A stretch of 64,000 nucleotides of DNA from an uncultured Chloroflexia bacterium (GTDB lineage: Bacteria; Chloroflexota; Limnocylindria; Limnocylindrales; CSP1-4). The translations under genes and the position numbers were made by a program. The stretch is taken from NCBI GenBank assembly GCA_963704145.1, contig CAVPHB010000002.1:1859-65858 (forward strand), written 5' to 3'. Under the pieces are notes generated by a model. It was not told the DNA's origin. It did not search any database and worked only from the letters and a program-made list of their open reading frames with translations. Of the stretch, positions 51,493-62,371 are shown one piece after another (position 1 is the stretch's first letter; each line of letters starts with the position of its first letter).

Positions 51493-52536
51493 TCACTCCG
51501 CGGCGACGGCGCTGCGCCGGACGGGCCCGGCCGTCGGCGGGAACTTCACGTTGGGGATGATCTCGTCGATCCAGTCCTGGAGTTGCGCCGGATCGGGGGT
51601 CATCGTGTGCAGGAAGAAGTACTCCACTCCGGCGTCAACGCGCGCCTGGAGCGAAGCGATGATCTCGTCGGGCGTGCCAAAGAGATAGACCGACTCGAGG
51701 TAGCTCGGACCACGCTCCGTGCTCATTACCTTGAGAAAGGTGCGGTGTTGCTCCTCGCGTGCCTTGACTGGGTCGTTGGTCAGTACGAGGTGCACGAAGT
51801 TTTCGTGGGCGACGAAACACTCGCTCGGGTCGCGCCCGTGGGCGCGGTAGTAGTCCTGCAGCTCACGCCAATCGCGCGCAATGTCGTCCGGTGGGCAGGT
51901 CGGCCGCGGGATCCACCCGTCGGTCCTGATCGTCCTGGCCTTGACCGACTCGACGAAGCGCGGCAGGTCGGGCGACTTCGGGTCGGCCAGCTGCGAGCCA
52001 CCACCGATCCAGATCTCCGGACGCTGCGAGGTGCGTGGCTCGATGAACAGGTCGTCGACCGAGTAGAACTGGCCGTGGTATGTGACCGTCTCGCCCTCGA
52101 GCAGCGGGATCATGATGTCGAGCATCTCGTCGGTGCGCTTGCCGCGCTCCGATTTCTTGACGCCCACGGCCGCGTACTCGAGCTCGTTCCAGCCCACGCC
52201 GGCGCCGAGGATCATCCGGTTCTCCGACAGGAACTGCATCGTCGCCAGCTCCTTGGCGAGGAGGACCGGGTTGCGCAGCGGCATGATCAGGATCGATGTG
52301 CCCAGCCGGACACGCTTCGTGACGCCCGCCGCGACCGCTAGCGCGGCCAGAGGCTCCAGCCACGAGACGGAGTAGAAGCGCTTGGCGGCGAGCATGTGAT
52401 CGGTGATGAACAGCGAATCAAAGCCGAGGTCTTCGACCGTCCGCGCGAACTCTTTGATGCCTCGCGCGCGCTCAGGGCCGTCGCCCTCCCAGATGTACGA
52501 CGGCAGGAACACGCCGAAGCGCCCGATGTCACTCAT
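51493..52536 (-). CDS. LLM-class (luciferase-like) flavin/F420-dependent oxidoreductase
   Basis: FDSLFITDHM, RLGTSILIMPLRNPVLLAKELATM and GAGVGWNELEY. 347 aa, intact. Confidence 0.8.
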   Translation of the reverse strand: MSDIGRFGVFLPSYIWEGDGPERARGIKEFARTVEDLGFDSLFITDHMLAAKRFYSVSWLEPLAALAVAAGVTKRVRLGTSILIMPLRNPVLLAKELATMQFLSENRMILGAGVGWNELEYAAVGVKKSERGKRTDEMLDIMIPLLEGETVTYHGQFYSVDDLFIEPRTSQRPEIWIGGGSQLADPKSPDLPRFVESVKARTIRTDGWIPRPTCPPDDIARDWRELQDYYRAHGRDPSECFVAHENFVHLVLTNDPVKAREEQHRTFLKVMSTERGPSYLESVYLFGTPDEIIASLQARVDAGVEYFFLHTMTPDPAQLQDWIDEIIPNVKFPPTAGPVRRSAVAAE

Positions 52537-53313
52537 TCATTTGCCCCTGTAGTTCGGCCGTCTCTTCTCGAAGAAGGCGCGCGCGCCTTCCAGCATGTCG
52601 TCGGTGTTGAAGACCCGTTCCGAGGCATCTGTCTCGGCCGCGATGCCGGCCCCGATGCCGACATCGGACGAAAGGTCGATCAGCCGCTTGACCTGGCGCA
52701 CCGCGATCGGGCCGCGCTCGCTGATCTGCGCCGCAATCTCGTCCGCCGCAGCTCGCGCTTCGCCAGCGGGCACGACGCGGCTGACGAGCCCGATCCGCTC
52801 TGCCTCTGCCGCGTCGACGATGCGTCCGGTGAGCGTCAGCTCCTTGGCCCTGCCGACGCCTATGACGCGCGGCAGCCGCTGCGTCCCGCCGGCGCCGGGC
52901 GTGACAGCGAGGCGCACTTCCGGCAGTCCAAGCCTCGCCCGCTCCGAACAGACCCGGATGTCACACGCCAGCGCCAGCTCGAGGCCGCCGCCAAGGGCAT
53001 TGCCCTCGATGGCGGCGATGGTCGGCATGGGCAGGTCGGCGAGCCGCGCGAAGACGCTCTCCTCGCGCTCGAAGTGGGCGCGCCCCGCCGCGCCGCGATA
53101 GGACTCGAAGAGCTTGACGTCCGATCCGGCCGAGAACGCGCGGTCACCGCTTCCGGCGACGACGACGACACGGACGTCACCCGGCGCCGCCGCCTCGAGC
53201 CGTGCCAGCGCGGCATCGAGCTCGGTCAGCAGAGCCTCGGACACCAGGTTCAGCGGCGGGTTGTTGAGCGTCAGATGAGCGATGGTGCCCAGCTCGAGGT
53301 CGATCAGGCTCAT
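52537..53313 (-). CDS. Enoyl-CoA hydratase/isomerase family protein
   Basis: VVVAGSGDRAFSAGSDV, IAAIEGNALGGGLELALACDIRV and TPGAGGTQRLPR. The start is inside a longer artefactual ORF. Intact. Confidence 0.85.
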   Translation of the reverse strand: MSLIDLELGTIAHLTLNNPPLNLVSEALLTELDAALARLEAAAPGDVRVVVVAGSGDRAFSAGSDVKLFESYRGAAGRAHFEREESVFARLADLPMPTIAAIEGNALGGGLELALACDIRVCSERARLGLPEVRLAVTPGAGGTQRLPRVIGVGRAKELTLTGRIVDAAEAERIGLVSRVVPAGEARAAADEIAAQISERGPIAVRQVKRLIDLSSDVGIGAGIAAETDASERVFNTDDMLEGARAFFEKRRPNYRGK

Positions 53314-54864
53314 CGCTCGAAGTCCGCCGCGATGCCCATCGGCCCGGCGGCGTAGACGCGCGCGGTCGGTCGTGCGCAGCGTCGTCCGCGACGCGCGGCC
53401 GGAAGCCCATCTGGCCGAGCACGTCGCGCTCGACGTCGATGCCCGGCGCGACCTCGGCAGGACCAGCCCGTCGTCGTCGAGCGCGAACACCGCGCGGTCG
53501 GTGATGTAGCGCACCTGCTGGCCGCGTTCGCGGGCCAGCTGGCCGTTGAACGACACCTCGCGCACCGCGGGCACGAACTTGTGCAGGCTGCCCTCGTGCG
53601 CGATGCGCACGCCGCCGTCGATTCCGAGCTCCAGGCCCTGCGCGGTGAGCGTGCCGACGAAGTTGATGCGCGGCGTGCGCGCGCTGATGTTCGGGAAGCC
53701 GCCCGGACCGCGGACGCGGCCCTCGAAGGCGTGCACGTTGACGTTGCCCTGCGCGTCGACCTCGGCGAAGGACAGGCTGGCGATGTCCAGCCCGCCGCCG
53801 TCGTAGAAGCCGAACATGTCGGGCTGGTCGATCATCGCCTGGTAGTTGAAGCCGGCGCCGCCCTCGTTGCCGGCGACCGGCACGCCGCCGAAGATGCCCT
53901 GCTCGACGGTCAGCACGAGCTGCTCGGTGATGCCCTCCTCCCACGCGACGCGGCCGATCAGCTGGCTGATGCCGAAGCCGAGGTTGCAGATCGCACCGGC
54001 TGGAAACTCGAGCAGCGAGCGGCGGGCGATGATCTTGCGCACATCGAGCGGCAGCGGCGGATCGCCCGCGACCGGCTTGCGCATCTTGCCCGCGTAGTAC
54101 GGCGAATCCTGCGTGATGTACGTCTGCCACTGCTCCGGGTCGACGAAGACGTGGTCGATCAGCGCCCCGGGCACCTTGACGTCGCGCTCGGCAGCGAGCC
54201 ACGCGGCGCGACCTGGCGCACCTGGGCGATGACGATGCCGCCGCTGTTGCGCGCGGCCATGGCCATGGCCAGCATCTCGGCCTGGATCGCCTCGCCCTCC
54301 ATGGTCAGGTTGCCGTCCTCGTCGGCGGTCGTGCCGCGGATGACCGCGACGTCGATCGGGAAGGCGTGGAAGAGCAGCCATTCACGCCCGCGCAGCGTGA
54401 CGAGCTCGACCAGGTCGTCCGTGGTCCGCGCGTTCTGCTTGCCGCCGGTCTGGCGCGGATCGACGTACGTGCCCAGGCCGACGTGGGTGACCAGATCCGG
54501 GCCGGCCCGCCGCGATCTCGCGCATCAGCTGGCTGAGCACGCCCTGCGGGAACGAGTAGGCCTCGATCTCGTTCGCCTCGACCAGCGCGCCCAGGCGCGG
54601 CTCGTTGCCGATGTTGCTGCCGATGGTCCGGCGCTGGAGGCCGGGCAGGCCGAGCTGGCTGAAGCCCCGATCGGCGAAGTCGCCGATGCCGACGATGCGC
54701 ACGGTGGTCAGGTCGCGTGGGTGGCCTTGCGCGCTGTACACGGCGGCCGACTCGTCGATGAAGCGCTGGGGCAGGGCGTGACCGGCGCCCGAGCCACCGA
54801 TCAGCAGCGTCGCGCCGTCCTTGACCAGGCCAACCGCCTCGCGCACGGAGATGACCTTGCTCAC
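53310..54864 (-). pseudogene. Family I acyl-CoA:acetate/3-ketoacid CoA-transferase (YdiF-like), about 3 frame changes
   Basis: KDGATLLIGGSGAGHALP, the N-terminal half, and a long intact C-terminal piece (GFGISQL...EQGIFGG...GGLDIASLSFAEVDAQGNVNV) are separated by frame changes. The stop was inferred from an ATGA overlap. Confidence 0.75.
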
Positions 54865-55614
54865 GGCATGTACCCGCCGGAGTTCGGATTGAGCGTCTGG
54901 CCCAGGAACAGGCTGGCCCGGTCCGAGAGCAGGAAGATGACCGCCTCGGCGACCTCATCGGCGCCGCCCGAAGCGGCCGAGGGGCATGTCGCGCAGCCGG
55001 CGCCGGCCCTCTTCGCTGCGACCAGGTCGGTCGTCATCCCGGTCATCGTCACGCCCGGCGCGACGGCGTTGATGCGGATGCCGCGCGGGCCGAACTCGCG
55101 CGCCAGGGCGCGGGTCAGCCCGATCAGTCCGGCCTTGGCCGCGCTGTACGCCGCGGTCTCGGCGACGCCCATCTGGCCCAGCCGCGAGGCAGACGTTGAC
55201 GATCGCGCCGCTGCCCGCTCGAGCATCTGCGGCAGCACCGCGCGGCAGGTGTGGAAGGCGGCAGTCAGATCGGTCGCGAGGACGGCGTCCCACTCCGCGG
55301 GCTCGATCTCCAGGAACGGCGCCGACCTGCGTCAGGCCGGCGTTGTTGACCAGCGCGTCGAGCCGCCCGAAGCGGTCGATCACGTGTCTGACGAGCGCCT
55401 CGGCCTGGGCGCCGTCGGTCAGGTCGGCCTGGAAGGCCTCCGCCTCGGCGCCCGCCGCTCGTTCCGCGTCGACCGTCTGCCGCGCACCATCGGCGGAGCT
55501 GCGGTAGTGGACGGCGACCGGTCGCGCCCTCGGCCGCGCCTGGGCGGCGATCTCGGCACCGATGCCGCGGCCGCTACCGGTCACGAGCACGCACCCGGCC
55601 GGCGAGAGCGTCAC
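54861..55614 (-). pseudogene. SDR family oxidoreductase (FabG-like), at least 2 frame changes
   Basis: VLVTGSGRGIGAEIA and LDALVNNAG are in one frame. YSAAKAGLIGLTRALAREFGPRGIRINAVAPG is in another. Confidence 0.75.
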
Positions 55615-56541
55615 CCATCAAGCAGGCCGGCGCGCGACGAGCGCGGCGCCGGATTGCCGCGGCCTCGGTCGCCGACTGGGCATCAGCGGCGGGCGCATGA
55701 CCGTGTTCTCGATCACGCCCAGCGCCTTGAGCGCAACCTTGGTGCGCGCGCGATAGTCACGCACCGGCTGGCCGTAGACGACCTCCTCGAGCGGCAGGAT
55801 GCGCTCCCAGATCGCGCGCGCCTCGTCCCAGCGGCCGGTCGCGGGTCAGCCCGTACATCTCGCACCTGCAGGTCGGTGGCCAGCGTGCCGAAGCCGATCA
55901 GCGCGCCCTCGGCGCCCATCACGAACGACTCGTAGATGAAGTTGTCGTCGCCGGTGAGCAGGTCGATCGGGCGCTCAGCGCGCTCGATCATGCGCCGCGT
56001 CGCAAGGTACAGGCGCGCGTCGAAGCGACGCCTCCTTCAGCGCCACGACGCTGTCGATGGCAGCGATCCGGCGCAGCGTCTCCTCGCGAGAAGATGACGC
56101 CACCGAGCGCCGGCTGGAGCTGGAAGGCGACCATCGGCAGGCCGCAGCCCTGGGCGATCGCCTCGTGGTAGGCGACCGGGACTGCCGGATCGAGCGGCGT
56201 GGCCCTGGTAGGCCGGGATGGGAAAGACGAGCAGCCCGCGCGCGCCGGCACCCTCGGCCCGCTTGGCCTCCTCGATCGCCTGGGCGGTGAACGTCGCGCT
56301 CAGGCCGGCGACGATCGGCACGTCGCCCGCCTCCTCGACCGCGACGCGCAGAACGAGCTCGCGTTCGTCGGGCCACAGGTGCGGCCCCTCGCCGGTGTCG
56401 GCGTTGATCGCCAGCGCCACCGGACCCTGCGGCAGGAGCCATTGCAGGTAGCGCCGGTAGGCGGCGCTCGTCGAACTTGCCCGTCGCCGTCGAAGGTGAC
56501 GACGCAGGCGGGAACTGATGCCGCGCAGGTTGAGGACTCAT
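55611..56541 (-). pseudogene. Dihydrodipicolinate synthase/N-acetylneuraminate lyase family protein, multiple frame changes
   Basis: ALAINADTGEGPHLWPDERELVLRVAVEEAGDVPIVAGL, PMVAFQLQPALGG and FVMGAEGALIGFG sit in different frames. Confidence 0.65.
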
Positions 56542-57567
56542 GCGCTTCCTCTCATCGCTGCGGTGGAGTCTCGAAGGACGACCTCGGTCGGCAGGGATCG
56601 GGGTTCGACCGGCTCGCCGGCCAGCAGCCGAATGGCGCACTCGAAGCCGCGCCGGCCCATCTCGCGCAGCGGCAGACGCACGGTCGAGAGGCTCGGCGCC
56701 GTCAGGGCCGCGACGGGATGTCGTCGAAGCCGGCCACCGACACGTCGCCCGGAACGTCGCACGCCGCAGCTCTGCCAGCCGCTGCAGCGCGCCCAGCGCG
56801 AGCAGGTCGTTGGCGCAGCGATCGCGCTGAACTGGACGCCGCCGTCGAGCAACACGTCGACGCCCGCCGCGCGCCGTCCTCGGTCGAAGCCGGTCTCCAC
56901 GATCAGCCGCTCGTCAACGTCGATACCCGCCGCGCCCAGGCCGCGCCGGTAGCCGGCCAGGCGCTCGCGCGCGACGTAGAGCGACGCCGGTCCGGCCAGG
57001 AACGCGATCGCGTCGATGCCCCAGTCTCGACCAGCGCGCCGATCATCTGCGGCGATGCCGCCGACGTTGTCGACGCCCACCTCGGGCTCGCCGAGCGTGC
57101 GGCGAGAGGTGCACCACGGCGGCGCCTGGCGCGCGCAGGGCGGCGAGGTGCCTGGCCAGCTCCTCGTTGAGCGTCGGCATCGTCCAGGCCGCTGCCGGCG
57201 AAGATGACGCCCGCCGGCGCGCATCGAGCGCAGCAGCCGGACGTAGGAGTTCTCGCGCTCGCCGCTGCGCTCGGACGAGCAGGTGATCGACCAGGTAGCC
57301 GCCCGATTCGCGGCGTCCTCCACGCCGCGCACGACCTCGGCGAAGTACGGGTCGGTGATGTCGTGGACGATCACGCCGACAACCGGCAAGGTGCTCTTGA
57401 GCAGGCCACGCGCGAGGGCATTGGGCACGTAGTCGAGCGTCGCGGGCGGCGTCGAGGACGCGCTCGCGCGTCGGCGCGCTGACCGGGTAGTCGGCCGATG
57501 AGACGACGCGTGAGGCGGTGGCGATCGAGACGCCCGCGCGGCGCGCGACCTCCGTGATCGACGTCAA
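56538..57567 (-). pseudogene. LacI family transcriptional regulator, multiple frame changes
   Basis: TSITEVARRAGVSIATASRVVS (HTH, TTG start), YVPNALARGLLKSTLPVVGVIVHDITDPYFAEVVRGVEDAA and LSTVRLPLREMGRRGFECAIRLL sit in different frames. Confidence 0.7.
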
Positions 57568-57578
57568 GCTGGCTCGGC

Positions 57579-59078
57579 TCAAGTACGGCGCCGGGAACGA
57601 CTTGGGCTCGTCGCGCACGGTCAGCCACTGCCATTGCGTGAACGTCTCGAGGTTGGCCTCGCCGCCGAAACGCGATCCGTTGCCCGACATGCCCATCCCG
57701 CCGAACGGGATGGTCGCCTCGTCGTTGATCGTCTGGTCGTTGACGTGGAGCATGCCCGCCCTGATCCGGTTGGCGACGGCCAGGCCGCGCGAGATCGAGC
57801 GCGAGTAGACGCCCGCGGCGAGGCCGTATTCGGACGAATTGGCCAGTTCGACCGCCTCGTCGTCCGAGGCGAACGTGACCACTGGCGCGACCGGGCCGAA
57901 GACCTCGTCGGTCCACGCCGGCGCGTCGAGGCGCACGTCGACCAGGACGGTCGGCCGATAGAAGAGGCCGTCGTACGTCCCGCCCGTCGACGAGGCGCGC
58001 GCCACCGCTTTGCGATCGAGCGCTGGACGATGTCGTTCACGCGCTGGAGCTGCGTTCTGGTTGACGATTGGCCCCAGGTCGACGTCGTCGCGAAACGGAT
58101 CGCCCGTGCGCAGGCCGCCTGGCCTTGCTGCGCGAGCAGCTCGATGTACTCGTCCGCGACCGAGCGCTGGACGATGTGCCGGCCGGTCGCGAAGCAGACC
58201 TGGCCCTGGAACTGGAAGCTGGCGTAAGCGCCTGCGCTCGCGGCAGCGGCGACGTCGGCGTCGTCGAGCACGACCAGCGCGTTGTTGCCGCCCAGCTCAA
58301 GGCTGACCTTCTTGAGCAGACCGCCCGCGAGCGCGCCAACCAGCCGGCCGACTTCGGTCGAGCCGGTGAACGAGACCATGTCGATGTTCGGATCGGTCAC
58401 CAGCGCCTGGCCGGCCTCAGCGTCGCCGATCACGATCTGGAGCAGCCCTTCGGGCAGGCCTGCCTCACGAAAGACGGCGGCGAACACCGCGCCACCGCAG
58501 ACCGGCGTCTGCGGGTCCGGCTTGAGCACGACCGCGTTGCCCAGGGCCAGCGCCGGCGCGACGACGCGCATGCCCAGCACGCTGGGCGAGTTCCATGGCG
58601 TGATGGCGCCGATCACGCCGACCGGCACGCGACGGATCATCGACAGCCGTTCCTGCTGGACGGTCGGCACGAGCGATCCGTACGGCTGCCAGGGCATGGC
58701 CGACGCGCGGCCAGCGCCTCGCCTGCGGTGAAGTTCTGCTCGTGGTGCATCTTGTTGCGGTGAGCGCCGGTCTCGCGCTGCGTCCAGGTGCCGAACTCAG
58801 CGCGGTGCGCTCGTAGATGTCGGCCGCGCGGCGCAGGATCGCGGCGCGTTCCTGGTAGCTCGTCTGCTGCCCACGCCGGTTGGGGCTGCGGCCGCGGCGG
58901 CGGCGGCGCGCGCGACGTCCTGCGGCGTCGATTGCCTGACGGTCAGCAGGAAGCGGCCGGTCGCCGGCTCGTGGACCTCGCGCGTCTCACCGGTGCCGGT
59001 CTGCCACTCGGCCAGGAACGAGTCGAGCCAGCCCTGCCGGCACCTGTGGCAGCTGGCGTCAGGCGCCGTCGCGACCAT
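57579..59078 (-). pseudogene. Aldehyde dehydrogenase family protein, multiple frame changes. The 3' end is approximate
   Basis: GVIGAITPWNSP...VVLKPDPQTP, FTGSTEVG, ELGGNNALVV, FQGQVCFA and EVFGPVAPVV...NSSEYGLAAGVYS sit in different frames. Confidence 0.75.
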
Positions 59079-59589
59079 CGTTGTCCTCCTCGTCCGCGCC
59101 GGTTGCGTCCGACCAGCGTTCGGCGTATGTCCTGGGCGCGTCCGTGGCCACGCGCGCGCCGGCCGGTGGCCGGGTCGCGCCACACCGGGCCGCGCTCGAG
59201 GACCTTGTCGATCAGGCCCTTCCTCGAGATAGGGCGGCATCACCCACGACTTGACGTCGATCGCCTCCTGGCCCGGGTATCCGATCAGCTCGCGCACGTG
59301 CTCGTCGGTGTAGTAGCCGCCGACGATCGACCAGCTGCAGCGCGCCGAGGTGGGCCGGCTCGTCCTTGCCGAGCGCGTCGAGGCGGGCGTGCGACGTCCT
59401 CGCCGAGCTCGGCCCGCAGCGCCGCGACCAGTGGCCCGACGCAGGTCCGGCCGAGCGCGCAGGACGAAGCGCAATCCGCTCGTCCGTCGACGACATCGGC
59501 CGCCGAGGGCATGCCGTGCGCGGCTGGGATGAGGTGGTCGGCGACTGGCCGCGCAGGTCGCGCCGGTCGCCGCGAATCTCGGCGCTCAT
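59059..59589 (-). pseudogene. Gluconate 2-dehydrogenase subunit-3-like small subunit, frameshifted. Boundaries approximate
   Basis: The pieces are VADHLIPAAHGMPSAADVV and IVGGYYTDEHVRELIGYPGQEAIDVKSWVMPPYLEEG. The start is coupled by ATGA to the GMC gene stop. Confidence 0.5.
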
Positions 59590-61204
59590 GCCGGCACCTG
59601 CTGCTCGAAGCGCGTCTCGACCATGTGCTCGGCCGCGCGCAGCGCGATGCGCCACGATGGTCGAGGTGGGATTGACGCCGCGACGAGGTGACGAAGCACG
59701 GAGCCGTCGACGACGTACAGGTTGGGCACGTCATGCGTCCGGTTCCAGCGATCGACGCACGGAGGTCGCCGGTCGTCGCCCATGCGCGCGGTGCCCAGCA
59801 GGTGCCAGCCGCTGTAGCGCATCAGCCGGTCGACCTCGATCTTGTAGGCGCCGGCCGCCTGCAGCGACTCGGTCGCCCGCTCGATGTGGAAGTCGAGCAT
59901 CCGCCGCGCGTTATCGGACATCTGGTAGTGGACCTCGGGCGCGGCGATGCCCGAGCAGTCCGTGACCGTCGCCGAGAGGGTGATGTGGTTGGTCTCGTCG
60001 GGCAGGTCCTCGGCGAAGAGGCCCCAGTTGGCGCCGTGCCCCAGGTGGGACTTGACGTGCAGGTGGTGGTCGGGGCCCCAGGCCTGCTCGCCGGCTCGGC
60101 TGGGCAGGGCGGTGTTGATCGGCCCGCCGGTCGGCGCGAGCCCCCAGCGCGCGCCGCGCACGAAGCCGCGCTTCTCGTCTGTCTCGTAGAACTCGAGCGA
60201 CTCGATCAGGTCGCCGAACTGGCCCTGCCAGCTCATGAGCGGCTCGTCGAACAGGCCGGCGACGTTGGCGAAGGGGTGCATCATCAGCCGCTTGCCCACC
60301 AGGCCGGACGAGTTGGCCAGGCCGTCGGGGGCTGGCGCACGTCGGCCGACAGCAGCAGCAGCCGCGCGGTGCCGATCGCGTTCGCGGCGAGCACGACGAC
60401 CTTGGCCGGCTCGAAGTGCTCCTTGCCCTCCCGATCGATCCACGTTGCGCCGGTCGCGAGGCCGCGCGCGTTGGTCTCGACGCGCCGCACGCGCGCACCC
60501 GTGACCAGCCGCGCCCCAAGCCCGATCGCTTTGGGCCAGTGGGTCAGGTCGGTCGATGCCTTGGCGCCTTCGTTGCAGCCGGACTGGCAGGTGCTGCGCT
60601 GGACGCACGGACGCCGCCCGTCGTAGGGCACGGAGTTGATCGAGTTGAACTCGGGCCACCAATGCCAGCCCAGCTTGGCGTGGGCGCGCGCGATCTTCAG
60701 GCCGGCGGCGCCGATGGGCAGCGGCGGCATCGGCGGATCGTCTGCCTCGGGCGGATAGGCCGGGTCGCCCGCGAGACCGGAGACACCGAAGTCGCGGTCG
60801 GTCTGCTTGAAGTAGGGCAGCAGCTCGTCGTAGGTCAGCGGCCAGTCATCGGCGATGCCGTCGAGTGAGCGGACGCGGAAGTCGGAGGGCAGTGCGCGCG
60901 GCCACGCCCCGGCGAAGATGAGCGTCGAGCCGCCGACGCCGTTGAACATAAGTGGCGAGACGGGCGTGTCGTCCTCGACGATCGGGTAGTCCTGCGCGAG
61001 GCCGCGGATGTTCGGGCTGGTCGCCCAATCCTTGCGCGCCTTGAGCTCCCAATCAAGCTTGTCGCCCGGGTAGTCGGCCCTGTCGTGCCACTCCCCCTGC
61101 TCGAGGCAGACGACCTTGAAGCTGGCCTCGGCCAGGTGCTTGGCGACCACGCCACCGGATGCACCGGCGCCGATGATCAGCACATCTGCGGGTTCCGCAA
61201 CCAC
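59586..61204 (-). pseudogene. GMC family oxidoreductase, about 2-3 frame changes
   Basis: GTG start after AGAGGGAGG. Contains ADVLIIGAGASGGVVAKHLAE. The C-terminal piece GWHLLGTARMG...NLYVVDGSV is in another frame. Confidence 0.8.
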
Positions 61205-61287
61205 GGCGCCTCCCTCTCGACGACTGGCGGCCCAACGCCTCGTCCGGCCGGTCAGGCCCGAACCAGACGACCTCCCTGGCCACTTAC

Positions 61288-61301
61288 AGTAAACGTTCTC
61301 T
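61288..61301. promoter_or_regulatory. Candidate LacI-type operator (AGTAAAC|GTTCTCT) upstream of the GMC operon
   Basis: An imperfect 14-bp palindrome centred on AAACGTT sits in the only AT-rich patch between the GntR stop (61329) and the GMC start (61204). Confidence 0.3.
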
Positions 61302-61328
61302 ATCGCTGCCGCAAGACTCCCAATCCGG

Positions 61329-62015
61329 TCAGCCTGCCGGGTGCTGGACGCGTCCGGGCCGCGTGCCCAGGACCTGCGCCTCAGCCTCCCGCGCGTGGAC
61401 GCGCATCGCGTCGGCAGCCCGCTCTGGGTCGCGCGACTCAAGTGCCTCGAGGATCGCGTCGTGACGGTCGGCCAGCCAGCGCAGGTCGGCGCCGGGCGCC
61501 GTCGCGGTCACGTAGGTCCGGGCGAACGGCTCGAGGATCGACCACAGGCGCTGGACGGTTCGGTTGCCGGAGGCGACTATGACGCAGCCGTGGAACTCGG
61601 AGTTCTTGAGCGCCTGGGCATGGGCGTCGCCCCGCGCGGCGCTGGCGCGCATGTCATCGAGCAGCCCGCGCATCTTGTCCAGCACCACGGCGTCGATGGT
61701 CGGGGCTGCCTGTCGCGCGGCGATGGCCTCCAGCTCGCCGCGCACCTCCATTGCCTCGATCAGCTCTTCTGGAGCCGGCTGGCGCACGCGTGCGCCGCGG
61801 TAGGGGTGCACTTCGACCAGCCCGAGAGTCGCCAGATCGCGCAGCGCCTCGCGCACCGGCGCCTGGCTGGTGCCCAGCTGGCGTGCTACGCGCGTCTCGA
61901 TGATCCGTGAACCGGGTGACAGCTCTCCCTCCAGGATCCAGCGCAGGAGCTTGTCCTTGACCTGGGCACTCAGCACGCTGCGCGCCAACGGGGTGGTGGC
62001 CTGCTCGACGTCCAC
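61329..62015 (-). CDS. GntR family transcriptional regulator (FadR/FCD subfamily)
   Basis: N-terminal winged HTH (LSPGSRIIETRVARQLGTSQAPVREALRDLATLGLV) and a helical FCD domain. Intact. Confidence 0.85.
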   Translation of the reverse strand: MDVEQATTPLARSVLSAQVKDKLLRWILEGELSPGSRIIETRVARQLGTSQAPVREALRDLATLGLVEVHPYRGARVRQPAPEELIEAMEVRGELEAIAARQAAPTIDAVVLDKMRGLLDDMRASAARGDAHAQALKNSEFHGCVIVASGNRTVQRLWSILEPFARTYVTATAPGADLRWLADRHDAILEALESRDPERAADAMRVHAREAEAQVLGTRPGRVQHPAG

Positions 62016-62018
62016 TGC

Positions 62019-62309
62019 TCAGTCCATGGTCAGGTAGAAGGCGCGCTCGCGGCTCTCGAGCCGGGCCAGGGCCTGGCCGCGAACGTACTCTTCGAAGTGC
62101 CTGGTCTTGGTATGAGCCCTGAAGCCCGCCTCGTCGTCGTACTGCTCATACAGGAAGAAGAGGCGCGGATCTTCCGGCGAGCGGTGGGCCTGGTACATGC
62201 GGCAGGCGGGCTCGGCGCGCGAGAGCGGCGCCATGATTTCGACGATCTCCTGGATCCTGTCCTCCTCGCCCGGCTTCGCGCGCCAGGTCGCGGCGACGAC
62301 ATAGGCCAT
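62019..62309 (-). CDS. Antibiotic-biosynthesis-monooxygenase (ABM) domain protein
   Basis: 96 aa with a ferredoxin-like pattern (FFLYEQYDDEAGFRAHTKTRHFEEY). Intact. Confidence 0.75.
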   Translation of the reverse strand: MAYVVAATWRAKPGEEDRIQEIVEIMAPLSRAEPACRMYQAHRSPEDPRLFFLYEQYDDEAGFRAHTKTRHFEEYVRGQALARLESRERAFYLTMD

Positions 62310-62371
62310 CTCACCGACCTCCGTTGTTCGAGTTGACGCGATTGCCCCAGGACACCGCTCGCCGGCCCGGT

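Noticed and set aside
53581-55935. 784-aa plus-strand ORF. Similar long ORFs occur at 46797-48389, 32490-33812, 49029-50521, 10416-11534 and 43520-44827
   Set aside because: All are antisense to genes with clear family signatures. Their products are Arg/Ala/Gly/Pro-rich with no motifs, which is the usual GC-skewed codon artefact.
57043-58005. Genuine ALDH-LacI fusion protein
   Set aside because: The domain combination is implausible. An out-of-frame TGA and a TTG start sit exactly at the junction, within a region full of other frame lesions.
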